From Candidatus Bathyarchaeota archaeon (GTDB taxonomy: Archaea > Thermoproteota > Bathyarchaeia > Bathyarchaeales > Bathycorpusculaceae), in contig CAWGYA010000007.1 of the NCBI GenBank assembly GCA_963826715.1, positions 64,001 to 128,000 on the forward strand: DNA of 64,000 bases. Direction: 5' to 3'. Positions within the stretch are counted from its first letter, which is position 1; each line of letters opens with the position of its first letter. The position numbers were made by a program, and so were the translations under genes. The notes under the pieces are model-generated. The model saw nothing but the letters and a program-made list of their open reading frames with translations, searched no databases and had not been told where the DNA came from. Shown piece by piece: positions 28,110 to 36,724 of the stretch.

Positions 28110-28373
28110 ATTGCCGTTTGTATAGTTGGTAATTAACTACCTAACTAATCATATAAACTTATATGATGATTTAGACTGTATCTTTGGAGGAAATAAAAGT
28201 GCGACCCCTATCCTATTACTCCCATCCCACAAGTGCGGGCATCATTGCCTCGGATAGGCCTTACTCGCAGTTAATCATTAAGTGTGGAAAGTCATTAAAA
28301 AGTTTGTGGTAGCCTACTCACTACACACAACATACTTTGACCCTGCAACGGTTTCTTCAATTTTTGTTTTCCA

Positions 28374-28904
28374 TTATGGCGGCGGTATATCAGAGGGCTC
28401 GAGTGCTACAAACAGTTCATAACCTGAAACGTCTTTTGCAGCATATTCTAGTTGAAGTTCAAAAAAGCCTGTTGCGCCTTTGTTGATTTGTGTTATTGAA
28501 AAGCCCGGTTGCGGTGAGGTAATAGTGAGGATGGGTTCGATTTTTTCTCCTGCAGTGTTATGAACGTTCGCTGTTATGGCAAAATAGTAATCTTTGTCAT
28601 AGTCATTTCTGATTGTACCGTTGATGATAATACAGGGGTCGCCTTTGTTAACTGAATAGTCGCCTGTTGCGCCTGAACGTGAGAAGCTTTCATCATATGA
28701 CCCATAAAAAAGTTGTGAATTAATTAAATAGACTTTAGTCTCAACTCCTCCTTGATAATTGCTTGGAAAATGCAGGTAGATTTCACTTTTTGATTGGACA
28801 ATTGAAGACGTTGTTGATTGATTCCACACATAATAGACTGATAAGATTAAAAAAAGGAAGAACAAGGAAACGGCAATTGATAACAGCACGCGTTTTCGTG
28901 TCAT
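28374..28904 (-). CDS. Membrane-anchored Ig-like extracellular protein
   Basis: N-terminal TM helix; INGTIRNDY beta-sandwich pattern. Confidence 0.7.
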   Translation of the reverse strand: MTRKRVLLSIAVSLFFLFLILSVYYVWNQSTTSSIVQSKSEIYLHFPSNYQGGVETKVYLINSQLFYGSYDESFSRSGATGDYSVNKGDPCIIINGTIRNDYDKDYYFAITANVHNTAGEKIEPILTITSPQPGFSITQINKGATGFFELQLEYAAKDVSGYELFVALEPSDIPPP

Positions 28905-28917
28905 TTTTTCAGCCTTT

Positions 28918-29520
28918 TTAGGCTATCCAAGCTTGAAAGTGAATTTCGCTATTTTCCCACGCCCAACTGCAACGCGCCCATGTTCCTTGAGTAGTTGATC
29001 CAGATGCTTGAATGACATCTTGTGGTTTCTGCCATCCGTTCTGAGTTCTTGCCCATCTTATGTAAGCATGGTTATGCTGAGAAGAAGGTAGATCCATACT
29101 TCCAGTATAGTATATCTCTGCAAGAATATCAAAACGACCTATTTTTGTTGCATCAGTAGGGCTAGTATGGCCGAGATTGTGCCAAACACCCGCGTAATCC
29201 TTCACCCAGCCGTCAACAGCGGAATTCGGGGTAACAAACTGTCTGCCTTCTTGGATGTCTGCAGCGTAAGTAGCTACTACAGAATATTCAGGTCTTGAGC
29301 CGTAGTAATAAGACATAACAGTGTATTGAGAACCTGAAGTACCGGCGTCACATGTTAAAGCGCCTAGCATTGTTAAATCAGGTTTTGCAAAGTGGGATGG
29401 GACTCTAAACATGTCTACTCCTGAGCGTGGTAGATCAACAATGTCGTATGTGTAAGCTAATTCTAGCAATGTGACTCCTGATTTCGGAACCCATCCTTGT
29501 CCCGCTTGATCGTAACTCAT
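28918..29520 (-). CDS. Hypothetical protein
   Basis: 200 aa ORF with AGGAG SD. Confidence 0.65.
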   Translation of the reverse strand: MSYDQAGQGWVPKSGVTLLELAYTYDIVDLPRSGVDMFRVPSHFAKPDLTMLGALTCDAGTSGSQYTVMSYYYGSRPEYSVVATYAADIQEGRQFVTPNSAVDGWVKDYAGVWHNLGHTSPTDATKIGRFDILAEIYYTGSMDLPSSQHNHAYIRWARTQNGWQKPQDVIQASGSTTQGTWARCSWAWENSEIHFQAWIA

Positions 29521-29532
29521 GTTATTTGTCTC

Positions 29533-29670
29533 CTATGGAGCGGGTATAAAACCCGCCTTATCCTTGTTCTGTGAGTTGTAATCGTCTCTAGCTTTGGCTA
29601 TTACTTCGAACCATTTGTCGCGCTCAGCGTTTTCATCAGGCAAATTTTCAGGTAGCTTATTTTTTTCCAT
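29533..29670 (-). CDS. 45 aa hypothetical protein, first gene of the operon
   Basis: MEKNKLPENLPDENAERDKWFEVIAKARDDYNSQNKDKAGFIPAP; its TAG is in frame with the downstream ORF. Confidence 0.5.
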   Translation of the reverse strand: MEKNKLPENLPDENAERDKWFEVIAKARDDYNSQNKDKAGFIPAP

Positions 29671-29719
29671 TTTAGCTTCCTATGCATAAAGCTGGTAAAA
29701 CAATTATTTAATTCTACGT

Positions 29720-29740
29720 TTTAGTACATTGTGTACTAAA
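29720..29740. promoter_or_regulatory. Operator copy 1 (perfect palindrome TTTAGTACA-N3-TGTACTAAA)
   Basis: 50 nt upstream of the 29670 start, beside an AT-rich TATA-like box. Confidence 0.75.
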
Positions 29741-29821
29741 CGCGATACAGATTGTTGGCCTGAACTCTTATCAAGAAGAAGAAAATGCTGAAAAAAAGAA
29801 AAAGTAGCTAGTTGTGGGTTT

Positions 29822-30790
29822 CTAATTTTGTACCCATGTGTCCCAATAGTAGCTGTAGGTGCTCATGTAATGGCTTTCGTGTACTGGAGATGTGGTGCTC
29901 CAACTTGTACCGACTGAATTTGTCCAGTAGGACCAGCCTCCTGCGTTGTGTAGCCAGTTGCGGTAGAATGTCGAATGTGAGGCGTCATTGGTGAATTGTC
30001 CGTTGCTGTACACTTCATTTTGGAAGCCTGCTTGAACCCAGAGACTAGATAGGTGTCCGCTTCTGACCCAATTGTAGTTTATCCACACATCGTATTTCCA
30101 ACCGCTACCATCCTGCGTCCCGTCTAACATCATAATATAGGTGTCTGTTGCAGTTGAAGGAGTGTTCTTGTTCATGTAATACGTCATTCCACCTCCGCTT
30201 TCGTCGGAATCATAGGTGTACCATTTGTAGACTTCGCCTATATTATGAGTAACCACTACTTCAGCCCAGTTTGTGATCCCATTCAAATCACCCAATTGAA
30301 CGCAAAGGTAATGATTCTGAGTTTGCCCTGACGCCACATTCATAGAACCGCAAACTAATTCAGTGCTAACTCCTGTCCATGAATATCCGTTTGTTCTCAT
30401 GCTTGAAACTTTGCTATTCAAAGAAGTCACTCCATTGCCCTGTTGGGGAGTAACTGCATTTTCAGTCGAAGGTACTGGTATACTGATTGGCATTTTAGCC
30501 TGCTCTTCAGAAGTCAAAGCTCTTCCAATCCAAGTCGCGCCCGTCTTTGGATACCAACCCATGCCCAGCTTTTCAAGCTCAACAGTTATTTGGTCATCGC
30601 TTAGTCCTTGTTCCCTAAATTCTTGAATCTTTAAAGTTACAAGGTCAACAAAGTCTTTCGGAGGCTGCCAAGAACCAATGCCAGAAGTCTGATCATCTGT
30701 CTGCGCTGCCACTGTAAACATCATTGAAGAAAGCATCGAAACAACAAAAAAAATAGCGATTAAACAAAAAGCTCTTTTATTCTTAATCAT
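29822..30790 (-). CDS. Secreted protein with pro-region and neprosin/glutamic-peptidase-like domain
   Basis: Signal peptide; beta-rich domain with NWAEV and FQNEV, similar to the two catalytic-Glu motifs of G3 peptidases. Confidence 0.55.
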   Translation of the reverse strand: MIKNKRAFCLIAIFFVVSMLSSMMFTVAAQTDDQTSGIGSWQPPKDFVDLVTLKIQEFREQGLSDDQITVELEKLGMGWYPKTGATWIGRALTSEEQAKMPISIPVPSTENAVTPQQGNGVTSLNSKVSSMRTNGYSWTGVSTELVCGSMNVASGQTQNHYLCVQLGDLNGITNWAEVVVTHNIGEVYKWYTYDSDESGGGMTYYMNKNTPSTATDTYIMMLDGTQDGSGWKYDVWINYNWVRSGHLSSLWVQAGFQNEVYSNGQFTNDASHSTFYRNWLHNAGGWSYWTNSVGTSWSTTSPVHESHYMSTYSYYWDTWVQN

Positions 30791-30844
30791 TTCATCATCT
30801 CTCCAACGCTAAAATGCAAAGATAACCTATTAATTACTACACAA

Positions 30845-30873
30845 TAGGACAGCCTGTACTACAGCATAGGACA
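30845..30873 (-). promoter_or_regulatory. Operator copy 2 (TAGGACA-N3-TGTACTA-N5-TAGGACA)
   Basis: Upstream of 30790; context is nearly identical to 33805-33857. Confidence 0.75.
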
Positions 30874-30936
30874 GATTGCTTAAAAGTCAAAGAATGAAAA
30901 ACTAGTTTGGAATAGGCCATTTGTATGGGTTTATTT

Positions 30937-31359
30937 TTATAGGCTACCTTTACGCCATATTTTAACGGTCTCATAACAAAAGATCAAAAGAAAAACAACA
31001 GTAAGAATTACAGAAAAGAAATATTCTTGATAGAGAACGTTTGGTTGAAGAAAAGTAAGCTCAAATACAAGAGCAAAAACAGACAACAATGTGTAAAAGA
31101 AGTATCGGGGAATTATGAAGCGGCTAATTTTTATGCAATTTTGCAACATTACCCTGTTGATTACATAGCCGCTCAAATCATGTTTTACAAGCCCTACGCT
31201 TTCCAGCCTGGAAAGATGATGCTGAGCAACCGAGGGACTGCTGAGCCTTAGTACTCGCTGTATTTCTCTTATTCCAAGTGGTTTACGGGTTTTTAGCAAC
31301 ATGCGGTAAATATCAAGAGCGGTGCCTTTGAGGATATCAGTAGATTCTTTTTCGGTTAA
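30937..31359 (-). CDS. Membrane-anchored wHTH transcription factor (N-terminal wHTH plus two TM helices); start codon irregular
   Basis: LKGTALDIYRMLLK..KPLGIREIQRVLRLSSPSVAQHHLSRLE..GLV, then two hydrophobic helices. Frame extends to TTA at 31359. Confidence 0.78.
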   Translation of the reverse strand, partial: LTEKESTDILKGTALDIYRMLLKTRKPLGIREIQRVLRLSSPSVAQHHLSRLESVGLVKHDLSGYVINRVMLQNCIKISRFIIPRYFFYTLLSVFALVFELTFLQPNVLYQEYFFSVILTVVFLLIFCYETVKIWRKGSL

Positions 31360-31455
31360 CCATCTTCACCCTAATCTAAGAAATACGGTGTATTAACATT
31401 TAAGCGCTCTTATTCTCTCCACTATTCTTAGGGCTTAAGAGATAATGTGTAGAAC

Positions 31456-31473
31456 TGTACGGAAATTAGTACA
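31456..31473 (-). promoter_or_regulatory. Operator copy 3 (minus strand TGTACTA-ATTT-CCGTACA)
   Basis: Lies between the wHTH gene and divergent 31541; matches copy 6 at 17 of 18 positions. Confidence 0.65.
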
Positions 31474-31540
31474 AATATAATGTTAAATAACACACTGTAC
31501 TTTCATAAATGACTAAAAACGCTTAGAGCTTAGAAATACA

Positions 31541-31840
31541 GTGTTTGGACAAAAAACTAAAATGGGGTTGGCAGTCATCGCCGCTTTACTATTGAGCCTT
31601 CTGCTAACTGGAATAAGTTACCTTCTTGTCCCTAGCAAGTCAAACCAAACGCCTCTCCCAATGCCAGTTCCTTCAATATTAAACCAGATATTTGTAGCAA
31701 TTCTTTGGATAGGCTTAGCCGCTGCTTTAGCAATCATTATTGTTGCAACAGTTTTTCTGATAAATCGGATAAAAAACAAAAATTTTACGCAAAAACAGAT
31801 AAGAGATTCTCCATTTTCCTCAGCGTACATCAATTACTAA
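31541..31840 (+). CDS. Small two-TM membrane protein
   Basis: Two hydrophobic helices and a basic tail. Confidence 0.65.
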   Translation: MFGQKTKMGLAVIAALLLSLLLTGISYLLVPSKSNQTPLPMPVPSILNQIFVAILWIGLAAALAIIIVATVFLINRIKNKNFTQKQIRDSPFSSAYINY

Positions 31841-31877
31841 ACTATCATGTTTTTTGCTGTCTTAAAAATAAAGGGGG

Positions 31878-31975
31878 TGTACTAAATTCAGTACACTTTG
31901 TCCTAGAGCATGGTATTAACTATCTCTTGATTAGTAAGACATAGCTTGCAAGGTTATAACTTGCAAGAGATAAAA
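31878..31975 (+). promoter_or_regulatory. Operator copy 4 with promoter and leader, duplicated at 34352-34450
   Basis: TGTACTA-N4-CAGTACA-N3-TGTCCTA-N5-TGGTATTAACTATC...TTGCAAG-N7-CTTGCAAGAGAT. Confidence 0.8.
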
Positions 31976-33385
31976 ATGAAAAAAACACGTTTTGGTATTA
32001 TTTTGACAATAAGCCTTATGTTTCTAGTGCTGAGCGTTGGTTTAATTGCACCCATTCAAGGACAGTTAGCAACAAAAGAAGCCTCGCCGCTTTCTGCAGA
32101 ATCAATCATGGCAGCAATGAAGTCCCTCTCAATCTACAAATCTTCTGACAATACTTTGGTGATTGAAAGCCAGTATCAAAAAACAATCGTGGAAAAAATC
32201 ACAGATACACATTACAAAATGACTTTCATAAACTCAACGGGTTATATTAAAGTGCTCGAGGCAACAAAAGATGGCTCTAAAACAAGTGTTCTATTTGATG
32301 GCAAAGAATTGCTTAAAAATCCCACTAATACGTCATTAACCGATTCTGCTGACTTCCCATTACTTCCAATACTTTCCGCAAATCTGGCTGAATTACCCCA
32401 AGACATCGTACAAGAAGTTATGCCCATGGTTACAGATAGCATAGACCACTACAATTGGGATGGAGTCCCATTCATTTCAGGAGGTGGGGGCGGTCAAAGC
32501 ATAAAATACCCACATCCAGACAAAGAAGCCCTTTCCATCTGGATATTCGGCGACTGGTCTACTGACGGAAACTATCTACAGCATAACATGTTTAATCAAG
32601 CGGCATCTATAGCAATGGGTGAATTCGGACCATTCGGAATATCAGGCGCTATCGGTGCAGCGATTGGAGTGGCAATCGGAGGTCCATGGGGTGCGGCAGC
32701 AGGCGTAATAATTGGAACCCTCTACGGCATATACCTATGGTATTTCTACGGGTATCAAGTCCAAGATGAAGACCTAAATATATGGTGGTGGCAAAGCCTA
32801 CCATTCATACATTGGGTAAGCGAAAATGCATGGTACATTGCTGCACTAGGAGAATATGCTCTGCCTTTCGTTGAGTACGAATTCCTTACTTCAGGCTACA
32901 TTAGAATTGGCAGTTGGACATTCTTTAATGCGTTAGGCATCAGTGACCCAGCCCCACCACCGCCACCACCATCTTATTACTACGTGTCAAGCATTGCTCA
33001 AACTGGAACTTGGGGTGCCGGAGCTGTCAATAATCCAGATGGTTTGAGAGGTAGTTCAAACGATGGAAGCTATGTTCAACTATGGGGCGGTAATTATGGC
33101 GATGGAGGGCAAATAGTTGGCTGGATGAATCAGGAAGCACATGGACACATCTATCTGTATGGTCACTCGGGTTCAGGATATTACACGCACCTTTACACAT
33201 TCGTTTCATACAACAATAACAATGACTGGACACAGACAAGCGTTCAAACAATCACAGGTACTAATGATCGCTGGATTGACTGCGGCTCGTACAACGATAA
33301 TTTCAGATATATCGCTATAGCCGCCATTGATGACAATGGAATGAGTGCCAACATATTCATAGACTCAGTAAAAGTAAATCTCTAA
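31976..33385 (+). CDS. Secreted multidomain protein with glycine-zipper hydrophobic hairpin (archaeocin/pore-former candidate)
   Basis: Signal peptide, pro-like region, GISGAIGAAIGVAIGGPWGAAAGVIIG, poly-Pro linker, C-terminal beta domain. Confidence 0.6.
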   Translation: MKKTRFGIILTISLMFLVLSVGLIAPIQGQLATKEASPLSAESIMAAMKSLSIYKSSDNTLVIESQYQKTIVEKITDTHYKMTFINSTGYIKVLEATKDGSKTSVLFDGKELLKNPTNTSLTDSADFPLLPILSANLAELPQDIVQEVMPMVTDSIDHYNWDGVPFISGGGGGQSIKYPHPDKEALSIWIFGDWSTDGNYLQHNMFNQAASIAMGEFGPFGISGAIGAAIGVAIGGPWGAAAGVIIGTLYGIYLWYFYGYQVQDEDLNIWWWQSLPFIHWVSENAWYIAALGEYALPFVEYEFLTSGYIRIGSWTFFNALGISDPAPPPPPPSYYYVSSIAQTGTWGAGAVNNPDGLRGSSNDGSYVQLWGGNYGDGGQIVGWMNQEAHGHIYLYGHSGSGYYTHLYTFVSYNNNNDWTQTSVQTITGTNDRWIDCGSYNDNFRYIAIAAIDDNGMSANIFIDSVKVNL

Positions 33386-33546
33386 GTAGCTTTCAATATA
33401 TCCTTTCTTTTTTTATTTTTTTTGCGGTTTAGCTTTTCACTCAATCTATGGATTAAGCGCTTAAATTGAAATGTTGATATATCTTTTCAGCGATAAAAAA
33501 TAACAAGAAATACCTTTTTGGAAATTGCTGTTCTAAGAGAAAATGG

Positions 33547-33768
33547 TTATGTGTTAACTATTTGGATAGGGTTTGCTTGTCGGTATTTTATATGAATAAA
33601 GATTGCAACCGACAAGAGAACAATGCCCATGATACCAATCGTCAAAGTTAATGACCAAAAGATTTGTGCACCCTCTGAAATAAAATACATTATAAAAGAA
33701 TAAAGTATTGCAGCGCCTCCAACAGCGCCTAACCCTCCGACTAATCGATCTCTAACCGACTTATTCAT
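33547..33768 (-). CDS. Small two-TM membrane protein (immunity candidate)
   Basis: Two TM helices, GGAGG SD, own operator copy. Confidence 0.7.
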   Translation of the reverse strand: MNKSVRDRLVGGLGAVGGAAILYSFIMYFISEGAQIFWSLTLTIGIMGIVLLSVAIFIHIKYRQANPIQIVNT

Positions 33769-33828
33769 CTTTTATTGCCTCCCTATGTTATCGACTATAT
33801 GCCCGATAAGCTATTAATGACTATAGGA

Positions 33829-33857
33829 TAGGACAGGGTGTACTACCTGTTAGGACG
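33829..33857 (-). promoter_or_regulatory. Operator copy 5 (TAGGACA-N3-TGTACTA-N5-TAGGACG)
   Basis: Upstream of 33768; same architecture as copy 2. A degenerate divergent copy lies at 33909-33950. Confidence 0.75.
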
Positions 33858-34351
33858 GCGGTTTGATTGTCAGCATCTTGCGAGAGAAGTAACGTCGACT
33901 CTACTTGTCGTACTAACCTCTGTACCATTTTGCCCTAGTGTATGGGATTAATTATTGAATTAATAGATAAAAGGAGTGTTGAAGTGACTGATGAAGAATC
34001 GCCCGACGGCAAACTAACAAATTAAGTTGGTTTATTATCACTTTTTTTGATGCTCCTCCTTCTGTCCTACCCAGAATAGGAAAAAGAAATAGGGCATTCC
34101 TACAAACCAGGAGTCTATGGACTTCTTTTTCTTACCTAAAATGCTCCTTGAGTTTAAGCATGTAAACTGTCTAACTGTCCATGGCTCATTATCTACTCAG
34201 CCTATACATTGTCAAGGCTTAATAGAAGGATGATGGCGCACCTTGGGCTTGGATGCTTTATGACAATGTTTGTCGCTTGTTTTTCAAAAAGGGGCTGGTA
34301 ACAGCTTTGTAGATTTGAGTATTCACTTTAGCTAAAATAATTAGTGCTGTC

Positions 34352-34450
34352 TGTACTAAGTTCCGTACAATTTGTCCTAGACAATAGTATTAACTATCTA
34401 TTGTTTAGTAAGATAACCATTGCAAGGATTTAACTTGCAAGAGATTAAGA
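34352..34450 (+). promoter_or_regulatory. Operator copy 6 with promoter and leader, duplicate of 31878-31975
   Basis: TGTACTA-N4-CCGTACA-N3-TGTCCTA-N5-TAGTATTAACTATC...TTGCAAG-N7-CTTGCAAGAGAT. Confidence 0.8.
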
Positions 34451-34452
34451 AA

Positions 34453-36321
34453 ATGGAAGTCGAAAAATTTAGGAAAATTAGAAAAAATCCGATTGTTTGC
34501 ATGCTGCTCATTGCCCTAATGCTTTCCAGTTGCGTTGTTATCAAATCTGTCGTTGCTGACCCCGTTGGATATCAAAATGTTAGTGTTCAAGAAGCAAATA
34601 ATCTCATCTCTAATGATTCTCATGTCTTCATTTTGGACGTGAGAAACCAGAGCGAGTATAATCTAGGCCATCTTAATGGTGCTACACTTTTACCTTTATA
34701 TGAAATTCAAGACTGGAACTGGAATATCACGTCTGGACAGCCATCCCTAAACTTACTCCAAGCGCACATCAATGATACAGTTATAGTTTATTGCAAAGCT
34801 GGTTCTAGAAGTGCGCCTGCCTGCCAATTACTAGTGGAACATGGCTACACTAATGTGTATAACATGGAAGACGGAATCGTTGGCTGGATGCAGGCGGATT
34901 TTCCTCTCAACACACGATACCATCATATTCAGGCTGAAAGTATGAGTGAAATAGACATAGAACCTTTGCTTCTTTACCAAACCGAATGTATCACGTGCCA
35001 AAACCAATCGACATGTTCAATGGCTGATGCTCTCCCTGCAAACAGTAACTTTACAGTCGTAGAACAAAATGCTACACATACTATTCTCTCCATAATTGGT
35101 GAGCTAAACGGTACCTTAACCGAATACACAGTGACCTTAACGCTACTTTCTAGCTACTCAACTATAGAGGATGGTACGAACAAAACAGCAACTATGATGT
35201 CTATGGCGATGACATCTACAACCTTTGAGCAGATATATTATGCATTAAAATACAGGGCGGAAAATGATGCCTATAACTTTACCGTGGTTTCCAGCCTTAT
35301 ACCAACAAACCTACAAACGTATAACGCGTCCGTTTCATATATCAGCATTGACCATAATAACGCATCGCCCGGTGACGTAATAAAGACTCAGGAAACTATA
35401 GATACAAACTCTTCGATGACCTTATCGGAATACTACAACATTTTGAGTAAAGTTTCAAAAGAACTGAGTGAAGAGTACGGAGATAGCGAGGATTATTCAA
35501 TCGAACAACTAGAGAGTGACTACAAATCAATTAAAAACGAATTGAATAGCTTATCACAGATCGTTGAACAACAATTCGCTGATCTGGACAAATCAATAAC
35601 TGAGCATTCAAGAACCATAATGGGCGTAGACTTAGGGATAAAAGACCCTAACGGAGTCACTAACAACGGCTTTGAGAGCGGGCTAAGCGGCTGGACTACA
35701 GGTGGAAATGGTTACCACTGTAACGGCGCTGAAGTATACGAAGGATCATACTCCTTGCTGCTAGGACGAGGCGATTGGAACCCTCCGCCCGGTCAAGACT
35801 GGGCCTATCAATTGGTAACCCTGCCTGAAGACGCAGTCAACATTGTGTTTGGCTACTATTATCGGCTGTATACCTACGACACTCATTCATATGACCGTCT
35901 TGAAATCTATGTAGCAAAATTAGGACAGGATCCGGTTCTATTCTACGATGTGGGACAATATGGCACTCGCGGCAACTATTACGTTGATGGCTGGATGGGT
36001 GTTTTCCATGATTACAATATGCAAACCTACGCTGGCAGTAGTTTTTACATATACTTTCAAGTCGTGAACGGAGATAATACTTATCCTACATGGGCATATA
36101 TCGACAGGGTTTCTGTGTCATATGAAGAAATCTATGAGTGCAGCTGGGAATCTTGGCTTAATTGCGCTTGGGGGGATTTTGATACTGCAACGCTTTGCGG
36201 TTGGATATTGGATATTTGCGATGAAGCTCCTTCGGAATATAATCCAGCATGTGCAGCAGGACTGATTTGCTCACTTTCCTACTCGCTCTATTGTGCACTT
36301 GAATACTGTGTAATTAACTAA
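34453..36321 (+). CDS. Secreted rhodanese-domain protein with CBM-like domain and Cys-rich C-terminal peptide
   Basis: Signal peptide; ILDVR..EY..GH..GA and VYCKAGSRS rhodanese motifs; NNGFESGLSGW beta-sandwich; 8 Cys in the last 61 aa. Confidence 0.75.
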   Translation: MEVEKFRKIRKNPIVCMLLIALMLSSCVVIKSVVADPVGYQNVSVQEANNLISNDSHVFILDVRNQSEYNLGHLNGATLLPLYEIQDWNWNITSGQPSLNLLQAHINDTVIVYCKAGSRSAPACQLLVEHGYTNVYNMEDGIVGWMQADFPLNTRYHHIQAESMSEIDIEPLLLYQTECITCQNQSTCSMADALPANSNFTVVEQNATHTILSIIGELNGTLTEYTVTLTLLSSYSTIEDGTNKTATMMSMAMTSTTFEQIYYALKYRAENDAYNFTVVSSLIPTNLQTYNASVSYISIDHNNASPGDVIKTQETIDTNSSMTLSEYYNILSKVSKELSEEYGDSEDYSIEQLESDYKSIKNELNSLSQIVEQQFADLDKSITEHSRTIMGVDLGIKDPNGVTNNGFESGLSGWTTGGNGYHCNGAEVYEGSYSLLLGRGDWNPPPGQDWAYQLVTLPEDAVNIVFGYYYRLYTYDTHSYDRLEIYVAKLGQDPVLFYDVGQYGTRGNYYVDGWMGVFHDYNMQTYAGSSFYIYFQVVNGDNTYPTWAYIDRVSVSYEEIYECSWESWLNCAWGDFDTATLCGWILDICDEAPSEYNPACAAGLICSLSYSLYCALEYCVIN

Positions 36322-36382
36322 ATTCCTTTTCTTTTTTGACAAAAAAGTTATTAAGAAAAAACGACTAAAAGGATGATTAAAT

Positions 36383-36724
36383 ATGAACCCATTGGATAAC
36401 CTTATTCAAGGATTTGCTTGGTCAATAATCGTAATTCCAGTTCTCGTTTTGATCATAGGCTCAATAGCTTCATACTTCTTGCCGAAACATAGAAAAACGA
36501 TTGGGATTTCGCTAATAACGCTTGGGGCTTTAGGAACTGGTTTGTTTGCCTTGACTCTTATTATAGGGATCGTTGAAGGACTTAGTAGAAGCTTGACGTC
36601 AGAGACTTTTTTATTAACCGTTTTACTCGTTATCGAACTCATAACATTAGCCGTTGGAGCGCTTTCACTAAAGCCAAGAGACCAACAAATTGGTATAACG
36701 AATAGACCAACAGGTCATGTCTAA
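36383..36724 (+). CDS. Small three-TM membrane protein (immunity candidate)
   Basis: Three hydrophobic helices directly downstream of the secreted protein gene. Confidence 0.7.
   Translation: MNPLDNLIQGFAWSIIVIPVLVLIIGSIASYFLPKHRKTIGISLITLGALGTGLFALTLIIGIVEGLSRSLTSETFLLTVLLVIELITLAVGALSLKPRDQQIGITNRPTGHV

Noticed and set aside
28200-28300. Possible riboswitch-like GC-rich segment
   Set aside because: No convincing match to a known family could be established by eye.
29720-34450. CRISPR array or iterons
   Set aside because: Motif copies are short, degenerate, kilobases apart and tied to promoters; no repeat-spacer periodicity was seen anywhere in the window.
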